In this document: positions 52,200-64,000 of the stretch, in pieces
Position numbering within the stretch: the first letter of the stretch is position 1
Layout of the letters: each line of letters begins with the position of its first letter
DNA from: Eledone cirrhosa
Lineage: Eukaryota
DNA: 64,000 nucleotides
Direction of reading: 5' to 3'
NCBI GenBank assembly: GCA_964016885.1
Contig: OZ024744.1
Coordinates: 49,538,001 to 49,602,000 of the forward strand
Program-made: the position numbers and the translations under genes
Notes under the pieces: model-generated
The model's input: the letters and a program-made list of their open reading frames with translations, nothing else
Told to the model about the DNA's origin: nothing
The model's database searches: none

Positions 52200-54910
52200 A
52201 TGTTAGGGCTGCGCACGGTAGTGGGGTGGCCGGTGCGGCCATGTGCGAGAACCCTCCGACCGTCTTCAAGCAATCACACTACAGGGAAAGGAACAAGAAT
52301 ATGAAGACGTCTCATCTCAGTGTTGCAGCACTTAATGTTGGCACTCTAACAGGTAGATCTGGTGAAATAGCAGAGATGCTGGAGAGAAGGCATGTGGATG
52401 TGTGTTGCGTGCAAGAGATGAGATGGAGAGGTGCCTCTGCGAGACTAATCACAGGCAAACATCTTAGTTATAAACGTTTCTGGGTAGGTAAGGATGATGG
52501 GTTAGGTGGGGTGGGCATTTTACTGGCTGAGAGGTGGTTCAATAAGACAATAGAGGTAGTTTGAGTTAATAATAGAATAATTAAGTTTAGATTAGTTGTA
52601 GGCAAGAGACTGCTGACAATCATCTCTACCTATGCTCCCCAAGCAGGCCTAGCTAAAAAAGAGAAAGACTACTTTTATGAGCAACATTTACAAACAGCCG
52701 CAATGACAGAGTACAGAGACATCGTTATGCTAGCAGGGGACTTCAATTGACATGTTGGACAGCTCCAGGATGGTTACACTGGGGTACATGGTGGGCACGG
52801 TTACGGCTCAAGAAATGAAGAAGGAGTGAGACTTTTTGAATTTTGTGATGCAAGTACACTAAACATTTACAACACTAACTTCCAGAAACCTGCCAACCAC
52901 CTACAAATCAGGCGAGCACATAAGCCAGATTGACTTCTTACTAGTTAGGCAGCGGAGCAGGCAGATGGTGTCAAATACCAAGGCTACTGATAAAGCTTGT
53001 GGCTGGAGCAGAACTCCAGCCAGACAGAAAGTGACCTAGTAGTGGAACAGCACTGTAGATAGGTGTTCCGCATTGCAAAGCAGTGTGTCAGTGTTAATCA
53101 GGATGTTGGAGATAAATGTGTCCAGAATGATGCCGGTGTACTTAGTGTTATAAATGATCAGAAAAAGGAGGCCTGGAAATGTCATTATGAGAGACTGATG
53201 AATATGGAGAACGAATGGGACAGAGAGAAATTACCCTCAGTAGATCCGATAGAGGGACCAGCTATTGAGATTGATGAATATATGGTCCAAGAGGCAATTA
53301 AGGAAATGAAAAATGGTAAAGGTGCTGGACTGTCGGGGATAGTTGCTGAGATGCTGAAGGCATCAGGGGACATAGGCACTAAACTGGTTACACGCATCAT
53401 CAATCAAGCTATATATGGCGGTGTCATACCCAAAGATTGGTGCAGCAGTATTCCCATAAATTGCTACAAAGGTTAAGGGGATGCTCTGGAGAGGAGCAAT
53501 TATAGGGGTTTAAAACTGATGGATCAGGTTATGAAAGTGGCAGAAAGGATATTAGCACAACTAATTAGAGAAAGGGTCAAACTAGATGAGATGCAGTTTG
53601 GTTTTCTGCCTGAGAAAAGTACAACAGATGCCCTCTTCTTGGTGAGACAATTACAAGAGAGGTTCTTAGAGAAGAATAAGCCACGATACTTAGCTTTTGT
53701 TCACCTAGAGAAGGCTTTGATAGGGTACCCCGATCTGTCATCTGGTGGTCCTTAAGGAAACTAGGTGTCGGGGAATCGCTTGTGAGGACAGTGCAAACGT
53801 TTTACAGATGTACTGTCAGTAAAGTGAGGGTAGGAATGGAGTTTAGAGAGGAATTCCAGATACAAGTAGGAGTACATCAAGGTTCGGTCCTCAGCCCGCT
53901 CTTGTTCATTATAGTCCTCCAAGCCATAAAAGAGGAATTTAAGACTGGTTATCCATGGGAACTTCTCTATGCTGACAATCTGGTTCTTATAGCAGAATCA
54001 GTAGAGGAGCTAGAGAATAAATTCTGGCTATGGAAACAGCAGTTGGAATCAAGAGGACTGAGAGTGAACCTAGCTAAGACAAAAGTGTTGATGAGTAGAA
54101 AAGAGGACAAAACTCTGATTCCGTCAGGGAAATGGCCATGTTCGATATGCAGAAAAGGAACTGGCATAAATTCTATAAAATGTACACAATGCAGATCTTG
54201 ATTGCACCAGAGATGTAGTGGGATAGCAGGCAAACTAACAGGTAGGGAGAAATACGTATGCAGTAGATATACAGGAAAATTTGACAGTATAAATCACATT
54301 GATATACACATTTTTCAAATGCAGGTGGGTTCTATAGAAGTGGTTGATAGCTTCCGGTACCTAGGTGATCAGATTAGCATGGCAGAGTGGTGTTCCGAGG
54401 CCATAGTATCTATAATAAGGATGGGTTGGAAGAAGTTTAGGGAGCTGCTTCCTCTGCTGACGAAGAAGGGTTTCTCCCTGCATATGAAAGGCTGGTTATA
54501 TGATGCCTGTGTGAGCAACTGCAGAGGATATGCGATGGCTGGAGGGAAATGAGGCAAACATGTTCCGTTGGATGTGAAATTTCAATGTGCGTGAATGACC
54601 GAGCATGGATGTGTTGAGAGAGAAACTGTGTCTGAGAGGGATAGATCGTAGTGTGCGGGAGAGGAGACTGCGATGGTATGGACATGTAATGCGCATGGAG
54701 GATGACCGATGGGTGAAGAAGTGCCAGTTGAGGGAAGACATAGTAAAGGTAGACCACGAAAAACGGTGGTGGTGAGAGCAGACCTCAGATCGCTGAAACT
54801 CACGGTGGAGATGACGAAGGGCCGTGACAAGTGGAGAGATGCTTTGCTGAATAGGACCCGTCCCACCCTTGCAAGCGGACGTAAAATCATGATGATGATG
54901 ATGATGATGA
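52200..54910 (+). mobile_element. RTE-clade LINE, near full length with internal deletion and stops
   Basis: LNVGTLTGRSGEIAEMLERRHVDVCCVQEMRW (APE), GVHQGSVLSPLLF, YADNL, tail acccgtcccacccttgcaagc..(GAT)n. Confidence 0.93.
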
Positions 54911-54994
54911 TATATATACATACATATTTATACATATATATATACATACATAGATATGTATACACATATATGTATATATATATACATATATATA

Positions 54995-57078
54995 CTAAAT
55001 GAGGAGAATAAATGGGAGAAAGACAGTCTCCCCCCCACATCGACCCAATAGAGGGACCAGCAGTGTTAGTCGAAGGTAGTATAATAAATAAGGCAATCAA
55101 AGATATGAAGATGGGTAAGGCAGCTGGGCCTTCGGAAATAGTTGCTGAAATGCTGAAAGCTTCTGGAACGGTGGGACACACCATGGTCACCCGGATAGTA
55201 AACCAAGTCATACAGAATGGGGTTGTTCCGAAGGACTGGCGTAGCAGCATCATCATTAACTGCTACAAGGGTAAAGGAGATGCCCTAGATAGGAGTAACT
55301 ATAGAGGCATTAAATTAATCGACCGGGTCATGAAGGTCACAGAAAAAGTAATAGGGCAACTAATCAGAGAGAGAATTGATCTAGATGAAATGCAGTTCGG
55401 GTTTGTGTCAGATAAAAGTACCACAGACGCTCTTTTCATTGTACGACAACTACAGGAGAAGTTCCTAGCTAAAAGTAAACCCCTATACTTAGCTTTCGTC
55501 GACTTGGAGAAAGCCTTCGACAGAGTCCCCCATTCCATTATCTGGTGGGATCTTAGAAAACTAGGTGTTGATGAATGGCTTGTGAGAGCTTTATAAGCCA
55601 TGTATAAAGAAACAGTCAGCAAGGTTAGAATTAACAACGAATATAGTGAAGAGTTTAGCGTAAAAGTTGGTGTTCATCAGGGCTCCGTTCTTAGCCCACT
55701 ACTATTTATTATTCAGGCTATAACAGTGGAGTTCAAGACTGGCTGCCAATGGGAACTCCTATACGCAGATGATCTAACGCTCATAGCTGAATCAATGGCC
55801 GAACTAGAGAAGAAATTCCAAACATAGAAGCATGGCCTAGAATCAAAAGGCCTTAAAATTAACCTGGCTAAGACTAAAGTTCTAGTTTGTAGGAAGGAAA
55901 ATAGGGCGCTGGTCCCATCCGGGAAATGGCCATGCTCAGTGTGTAGGAAAGGAGTAGGTAGAAACTCCATTTTATGTCCCAAATGCAAAGTATAGGTGCA
56001 TAAAAGATGTAGTGGGATCACAGGTAAGCTATTAAGAACATAGATTTATATGTGGCTGGTGCTCTGGTACAATAAGTAGCAGCAAGTGCCCAAAAATACT
56101 AGCTCATTCCATTGCACAGATGGTTCTATAGAAATAGTGGACAGCTTCCGTCACCTGGGTGACAAAATCAGCAGTGGGGGAGGGTGCTCTGAAAGTACAG
56201 TAGCTAGAGTCAGAAAAAGTTCAGAGAGCTTATACCACTATTAGCCGCTAAAGGGTTCTCCCTAAAAATGAAAGGCAGGTTGTATGATGCCTGCATACAA
56301 ACAGCAATGTTGCATGGCAGTGAGACCTGGGCATTGTGTGCAGAGGATATACACAGACTGGAGAGGAACGAAGCTTGCATGCTCCGCTGGATGTGTAATA
56401 GTAATATACGTGAACGGCAAAGCATAAACGAACTAAGGGAAAAATTAGAAATAAGAGGGATCAGATGTTGTTTACTCGAGAGAAGACTACGTTGGTATGG
56501 TCACGTGATACGCATGTGAGACAACAGCTGTATAAAAAAGTGCAGGGCAATAAAAATAGACGGTAGCCACGGAGTAGGCAGACCCAGAAAAACCTGGGAC
56601 GACTTGATAAATTCTGACCTCACACATTTACACCTCTCCAAGACAATGTCACTGGACCGAGATCTTTGGCGCTACATAGTAATAGAGAAGACCCGTCTTA
56701 CCTAAGTACAAAGTGAAACCTACTACAGTCAGTAGGCACCTCTAAAAAAATACACCCGGTCCCACTACCCCCACCCCATCCACACCATCCCTTTCAATGT
56801 AAAGTTATGTTGGTACCACAACATCCAGCCCGAAACAAATGAGGTCGTGTAGGTGTCACGACAAAAAAAGACACAGTCCACGCTGTAATGTGGCCGTGTA
56901 GGTAACACGGTAAAAACCTCCCAGTTCCACACTGTAAATGTGGTTGGTGTTAGGAAGAGCATCCAGCCGTAGAAAACCCACCAGACAGTCCTATGCGAGC
57001 AAGACAACCACTCTTGCCTCAAGTGGGAAAACTCCTGTCCAAACCCATGCAAGCTTGGAATATGGACGATGATGATGA
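54995..57078 (+). mobile_element. RTE-clade LINE, 5' truncated, RT plus 3' UTR
   Basis: KAAGPSEIVAEMLK, NYRGIKLI, AFVDLEKAFDRVP, YADDL, RRLRWYGHV. Confidence 0.94.
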
Positions 57079-57085
57079 TATATAT

Positions 57086-58997
57086 TAGGCTTATGACTTT
57101 GTTGCAACCCTCCCTAAGTTCCTGTGTCATAAGTTTAAAAGAAACAAAAAAACTTTGTTTTAGTTCTTGTAAAATATCAACCTGAACTGAAAATTTGATT
57201 TTACCATATAAGTGTAAAAAATTAAAATATTTCAGGTTTATTTTTCAATATGCTAATGGCATAATTGGATAGTACTTATCTATTTTTAACGCATTTAACA
57301 GATTATAGCTATAACATAAAATATTAACTTGGAAATAAGCAAACATTGCAAACTTTTATATACAATTAGAAACTTACATCTATAAGTAAGAATAACTATA
57401 TAAAGAAAAAGAATGTGGAATATTTAGCATAATTTTAGCATAATTATAGCATAGTATACAATTATTGTGTTTTGTTAGACAAAATAAATCTGATCTTTCT
57501 CTTTCATTTTATAGATGTCCTCAAGATATTGAAAGCACTTGATTGCCCATTCTTCACACTCATTTGTTCTGGGAACTTTGAGTTTCAATGGTTCCGGATT
57601 CCAAAATCTTTTCACAGAGTTTAATGCTTTTTTGTGAGACTAAGCTGCTACATAGCTTCTGATAATCATCTGCATTGTAGATTTGGTCAGGAAACCAATA
57701 GTCTGCCCATCTGTAAGAGATGAGTCTACAAATTTCGAGTTGCAAGTCTCTTTTCTCTGGTAGAAGAATAATAGCGAAAAGAGCTAGTATTGCTTTACAA
57801 TTCCATCTTTTATTTCTCAAGTTAGGTGTTTTTTGAAACTTTGCTTTAGGAAATCTTCCAGTTTCTTCGAAAAAGTGGAAAACTTGAGTTAAATGAAATA
57901 AAATGTTCATATCATCATGCCAGCCTGCTGTTTCAGTAATCTTCTAGAGCTGTTCTAGTTATTGACAAGTTCACGTATAAATGGATATTCGATATTGGGT
58001 GATGTGTTCTTTCCTCCAAGTTTGTCATCCATTACTCCGTGAAGCACTCAGTCAAGAACATGATGTTGACAGCCAATGAATTATAGTTTTTCCAGTTTCT
58101 TTTGAGCAAATAGTCTTTGTAACTGAATTACAATCCTATTCCTCCTCCCAGCGTTCACATTTGTAGTGTATGCAACAATTATTTTTATGCCTTACCATAA
58201 ATTGTATTCATCCAGAACAGCTGTTATGCCTTTGACAACGGTATATGCTTTTCCATTTGATGTCTAACTGAACTTCCCTTCTTTTATTCTTCAAAACGAG
58301 CACTTGATATTTTTGTCCATCAATTCATTTACCATTAAAATGCATTGACCAATTTGCTAAGTGTAGTGTTTTCTTCATTTCTTCTTTAAGTTTAACAGCT
58401 TCTTTGATACTAGATCTGTAAATACCAGATTTGGAAGGTCTCTCAATGTCAATACCTTCTTAAGACAACTGCTGACAAACATTTACAGATTTGCTGGTTG
58501 ATAAGTTTGAAGATGTTACTAATTTGGTTTGCTATCCTTATTTCGTTTTCTTGTAAATTGTTCTCCAGAACTTTCGGACTCTTGATATTCCCTCTCTGAT
58601 TCAGAAGTTGAAGCTGTTGTTGTTGTTACTGTTGTTGCAGTTTGCTCCAAGGTCACTTTCCTTCTTTCGGATAGATGAATAGTTTTGGAACTCCACAGTC
58701 TTTAAACAAGTATATCCAACATGTCCTTTCCTTTCGATCTGAAGATGATATAACTACCTGTCCTCACTACATAGTCATTCACCATGCACATCATAAATGT
58801 TCAGAAAGTACTAGAATGTTCTAGAAAGCCATAGTACTACTATACTTACATACAATTTAACAAAATTTTGTGTTAGGGGTGGCATTTAAAAAAAAAGTAA
58901 ACAAATCTATAACTTTTATCATTATTTTTTAACAAAAGTTCATCGAATTATGATACAAGATATCAATTATTTTACAAAAAGTCAAAATGTCATAAAC

Positions 58998-59000
<3 letters not shown>
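57086..59000 (-). mobile_element. Decayed hAT-superfamily (hATm-like) DNA transposon
   Basis: Imperfect TIRs taggcttatgactttgttg / caaaatgtcataaaccca; minus-strand remnants TTNVNAGRRN, FIGCQHHVLD, NKRWNCKAILAL. Confidence 0.6.
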
Positions 59001-59033
<33 letters not shown>

Positions 59034-59284
59034 AAGTTAGAAACTCAAGATAGTCTCATTACAGTAAATTAGCTCTAGGAAAAAGGTTTTTCCGTGCCGT
59101 ATAGAACAAAAAAGAAAAACGAACACAGACATATTCATGTATGTGTTCAAATCGTAATGGACCAGAATCGCTAAGGTGAAAAAAATACTAACTACAGACA
59201 TTTTTCTTTTTTGTTCAGTTATACTATATATATATATAAAAGAAATTGAAATTGCAACTGGAGTTTTTTAAGAATATTTATTTA

Positions 59285-59328
59285 TTTACTTTACCAGTTT
59301 CACAGTTCTTATGCTTTTCAAAAGTAAA
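59285..59328 (-). ncRNA. Minimal type I hammerhead motif, U3-A8 variant
   Basis: UUUACUU-UUGAAAA-GCA[uaagaac]UGU-GAAA-CUGG-UA-AAGUAAA; 7-bp stem I; sister copy at 23755 has GCAG/CUGC and CCGG. Confidence 0.7.
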
Positions 59329-59372
59329 ATTGAGATGGAGGGTTTGTGTTTCTATTGAGGTTTATACATATA

Positions 59373-60680
59373 CTAGTAGTTTAGCCTGGCATTGCTTGGG
59401 TTTGTTCATTTGCTATGAAAAGTTACATACAGGTAAACGTGGCTTGAAAGCGAATAAGCTTATCAGTTAAGTGCATAAAGCAGTTGAACCGGTTATTAAA
59501 AGTTACGAACCAATTAGCATTTTGGACAATCAATGATGGGTTAATAATCTTCCAATAGCGAATTTAGCAGACCAAAGTTGCAAGATGGTGGCCCTGATGC
59601 CGCTGGGTGTCAGATCTGTCTGCCATGGGTGACTCTACCAGGAATTAGTTTTCCAGACAGCATAGCTCCAACACCTCCACCAACATCTATAGCACCTCTT
59701 TGTAGATGATATTGCATGTCATCCCTTGAGGAGTGTAAGCAAAATGTCCATTCCTACTCCCTACGCGAGAACAGGCAACATAAAGTTGGCCATGGGAAAA
59801 GCATGGCTCCTCCAAATGGATGCCCGCCACCGATAATGTTTTTCCTTGTGACTTGTTAATGGACATGGCAAAACATGGTTTCACCGGGAATTGGGATCGC
59901 CGGAAATCGAACAGGATATCTGATGCCGAGGGGAAAAGGTTTATCCTTGGCAGTGTATTCGGTAGAATTGCCAGAAGTACAACACTATGGGTGTTGTCAT
60001 ATTAATATTTGACCAATGAAAGTTGTAAAAATAAATAATTTAAACATTCTGATTCATATGTCTATAGCATTAATCTGTTATATGAAGAGTTATTTTGCGG
60101 GTTATTATTTGCAATAAGCCGATTTAAAATACCCCAGAAAAGCCGTATGTCAATACGGAACTCCAATGACTCCCCAAGCAGTTAAATTATAGAGAGGGGG
60201 AATAATCTATTATAGAGAGAGGGAAGAGTGATGGAGAGAGTAAAGCTAAGAAACTATAGGGAGTTGTGTTAAACCTCAAAGCATAAAGAGAATAAAGCAG
60301 TTAAATTATAGAGAGGGGGAATGATTTATTATAGAGAGAGGGAAGAGCAATGGAGAGAGCATTATGATTATGTTTGTTGTATAAAATGATGTGTTTCTTA
60401 GTTTTCAAAGTTTATGTCACATTCCTGAACAAAGTTTTGTCGGTGTTGGGTAGTAGAGAGAGGGAATAAATGTGTCAGAGAGAGGGTTACAGCATGTATT
60501 TAGTTTTATCGATTTTTATCATAGAAGCAGGAAATTTTTGACAAAGTTTATTACGCGTTGACCATCGTTGGTAAATTTGGAGCACATTGGAAAAAAAATC
60601 ATCAAAATCGGTAGAGAAATGTGGAAATGCATAAACATCATACACACACAGACAGACATCTTCCGTTTTAGATATATAGA
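59373..60680 (-). mobile_element. Non-autonomous Helitron with Pif1 remnant at about 59687-59985
   Basis: Minus strand 5' TCtatatatctaaaacgg; 3' cccaagcaatgccagg..CTAG; [27 protein letters not shown]. Confidence 0.85.
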
Positions 60681-60834
60681 GATTATCATCATCTTCGTTT
60701 TATGTCCGTTTTTTCCATGCTGGCATGGATTATACGAGTTGTTCTGTTGTGGGCAATGTTATATCAGGTGACCATGTCTTGCTCATACAGAACTGATTTG
60801 GGTTTGTTTATTCATATATTATCATCATTACCAT

Positions 60835-61248
60835 CATCATCATCAACGTTTTACGTCCGTTCTTCCATGCTAGCATGGGTTAAACGGGTTGTCCTGTTCT
60901 GGGCAGTGTCCGGTCGGCTGACCATGTCTTGCTCATACGGGAACTGATTCTGGCTTGATTTCTACAGTTGCATACCCTTCCTAACACCAACCTCATTTAC
61001 AGTGAGTGCTGGGTGTTTTTTTTTCTGTGGCACCTACGCGTCCACTTTACAGTGAGTGCTGGGTGCTTTTTGCCGTGGCACCTCCACGACCACTTTGCAG
61101 TGGAATGATAGGGACCCCAGTCCCTATCATTTCATTTCTACAGCTGAGTAAACTGGAGTAATGTGAAATAAAGTGTCTTGCTCAAGGAAACAACACATCA
61201 CCCGGTCCGAAAATTGAACTCACAACCTTTCGATTGCAAGCCCAATGC
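60835..61248 (-). mobile_element. SINE family A copy (5' truncated) ending in an alternative RTE tail
   Basis: 61040-61248 matches SINE A; 60835-61020 matches the 14581-14740 tail. Confidence 0.8.
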
Positions 61249-61339
61249 TATACATGTATATATACATACATATACACATATATATACATAAATATATACA
61301 TAAACATATATACACACATATATATATATAGATACATAT

Positions 61340-62765
61340 ACTTTTACTCTTTTACCTGTTCCAGCCATCTGGCTAAGGCCATGCTGGGGTACTGCTCTTG
61401 TTGCTACACCTTCAATCTCCAGCCTGTGTTGGCTGGCCATTGGTGTAAGAGGGAGTTCATTGCTGCTGCCCATGCTGTGGGTTCATCTGGGATCCTGGAT
61501 AGCAGGGTGTCAAGATTTTTCTTGGAAACATCAACGTCCACACCATGCAGATCTCTCAAATTTCTTGGCAGCTTGTTGAAGAGTTGAGGTCCTTTGAACC
61601 CAGGCTATTGCTCCTTATTCTAGATATGAAAGACAGGACCTTTGGCACCATACAGTGATGTCCTGTTTGAAGGTTGGTCCAGCTTTCAATGTTAAAGTTT
61701 GGTGTTAGTCCCTCAAGGATCTTCCAAATGTATATCACTGTGTATCTTTCTCGCCTTCAGTCCAAGGAGTTTTTAGTCTCTCCCAGTAGCACATCTCCTC
61801 TTGGTGTAGCTTCGTTGGATTTTCTGAAGCTTGGTGGTTAGTTTGATACTATAGGGTGACCACAGCTGGGAGCAATAGTCCAGGTGGATTAAGACAAATG
61901 TCCTTCATAGTATCAACATGGTCTCTTGGTCTCTTGTTCGGAAAGTCCTCAAGATCCAGCCAGTGAGTCGTCTCCACATTGTCATTACCCTCATGATGTG
62001 TGAAGAAAAAAGATGCATCATCGCTCATGTCTATCCCCAGGTCTCATATCGATTTCGACATGGGGATTTTGATCCCTCCATTTCCGGTGTAGTTGTGTTG
62101 TACTGTCTAAGTGTTAGAAGGTTGGTATTGAAGGGCCTGAAATTTTCCAGCATTAAACTGCATGTTGCTGTCCTTAGCCCATTTGTATATGGAATCCAGA
62201 TCTTGTAAAAGGGTAGCATCAGCTGGGTTCTTGATTGCCTGCTACCTTTATGTCATCAGCATAGCTAGTGAGCGATGTTGTATGTACTACGGAGGGCATG
62301 TCCGAGAGAGCCACCGAAAACAGTAGTGGTCCCAAGACTGCGCCCTGGGGCACCCCACTTTTTTCTGTTTCCTTTTAGAGGGCCCCATTGGCTGCAACTG
62401 TTTGGCTGCTGTCTTTTAATAAATCATGCAGCCACTCACATACTTTCCCAGTTATGCCGAGTCTGTGACATATCATTCCGTGGTTGACCTTGTCAAAGGC
62501 CTTCACAAAGTTAAGATATATCACATTCATGTGAGCTGTCTAGCAGTTGTTTCAGTAGCCAGTCATAGTGTTGTAACAGCTGTGTAAGGCAGCTTCTTCC
62601 TGGGTGAAAGCCATGCTGCGTGTTAATTAGGTGGTCATTTTCCTCGAGGAGTGTGATCAAGTTCTTTTGTGATGAGCTTACTGATATGTGACATCAGGGA
62701 GATTGGCCTGTAGTTTTGGGCCTTTGCTCTGCTTCCTTCTTTATGGATAGGGCATATTGTGCCTT
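61340..62765 (-). mobile_element. CR1-clade LINE 3' half, decayed
   Basis: AQNYRPISLMSHISK, GVPQG, YADD, IYIWKILEGLTPN; 3' tail as at 1-205. Confidence 0.9.
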
Positions 62766-62929
62766 CGTTTAGCTGTCTGTTTTTCATCCACAGGATGTCC
62801 AAATTACCCTCCTCACAAAACAATCTTGGGTGGGATGTCGATTTAGACGCTGATGACTCGACCATAAAACAGGTTGTACTATATTACATTTTACCAGTAG
62901 TGCACAAAAGCGACCTGATACACACACTC

Positions 62930-63800
62930 ACATAACATCGACAATGAATCGTCTTAAGAATTGAAAGTGTTGCAAGTATAAGACCACCTCTAAAACCTGC
63001 TTCATGAAAGTACCACAATTCAGCGAAAGCATAACCACAGCTATCCGCAAAGTATGACTGGACATACAATTAGAACACTCCGGCCCTTTACTGCATGGAT
63101 ACCTGTCTAAAAAGCAATCCAGAGACAACAATAATCAATGGTCGCTGACTAACTGCCCTATCCGTGACACAGGTATGTGCCAGCGGACATATGTGGCATA
63201 CCAGATGGAATGTAACAAATGTAAGGAGTTCTACATTGGTAGCATGATTCCACACTCACATTAAAGAACACCTCAACACACACATATCCTCATTCAAAAA
63301 ACACATTGACAAATGTAGAAACATCAACCAACATATTACCATTAAAGCCAGCGATAGAAATGTGGACAATTTAAGAATTAAGGAAACCTTGCTCATACAT
63401 CGACTCAACCCGAAAATAAATAATAGATTAGAACTCAGGACACAGTACTTTACATAAAAAGACACAACCACAGGAACACAAACTAAACATCACACACAAA
63501 AGAGAAAATTGATTTCGCAAAATACTATATTGGCAATAGACATCATTCTCATGAAAAGTGTAATAACCATAAAAAAACGCTTGAAAAAGACTTAGAACAT
63601 TTTTTTAATCAAAATCAAAATTTAATCCCAAAGAGAGGAAATTGGAATATTATCCACTGAAAGTTCCTGAAACACTGAAGAAGGGATTTGTAGGTCCTGA
63701 AATAGTGGACAGAAAAAAACAAACAACAACAACAAAAGAACAAAGATTACCAGGTAACTTACTTTTCATTACCACAGCTTTCAGTCCATGTTGCATTGTT
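62930..63800 (+). mobile_element. Penelope-like retroelement 3' fragment (GIY-YIG)
   Basis: 63151 on: NCPIRDTGMCQRTYVAYQMECNKCKEFYIGS / HIKEHLN..NLRIKETLLIHRLNPKINNRLE; hammerhead-like core downstream at 63675. Confidence 0.85.
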
Positions 63801-63860
63801 TAGCCTTCTATCTCTTACCAGGTTTTATATATATATATATATATACATCATCTATATATC

Positions 63861-63914
<54 letters not shown>

Positions 63915-64000
63915 TCGGAATAACTATTCCGATGATTTGATTAGGCATACATGTATTTAAAATTGAGTGACACAACTTCAAGTGATTAGCAATTTTTAGA

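Overview
AT-rich eukaryotic genomic DNA, most likely an intron or intergenic region of an octopus-like cephalopod (inferred from the repeat families and (TA)n/(ATG)n density). I find no supportable intact host gene. The window is a mosaic of decayed transposons: many RTE-clade and CR1-clade LINE fragments, two SINE families, five non-autonomous Helitrons (two with Pif1 helicase remnants), three Penelope-like GIY-YIG fragments, one hAT-like remnant, microsatellites and a GC-rich higher-order minisatellite. Two signals stand out. (1) At least 10 loci, from several unrelated sequence families, fold by eye into type I hammerhead ribozymes. They sit in short, (TA)n-embedded, often fold-back or inverted-repeat cassettes, probably Penelope-derived non-autonomous elements. 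Two families carry the compensatory U3-A8 core variant. (2) One SINE copy at about 51.1-51.26 kb carries roughly 20 A-to-G changes in about 130 nt and lies about 560 bp from an inverted unedited copy, resembling ADAR hyper-editing written into the DNA sequence. All alignments and folds were done by eye; TE boundaries are approximate.
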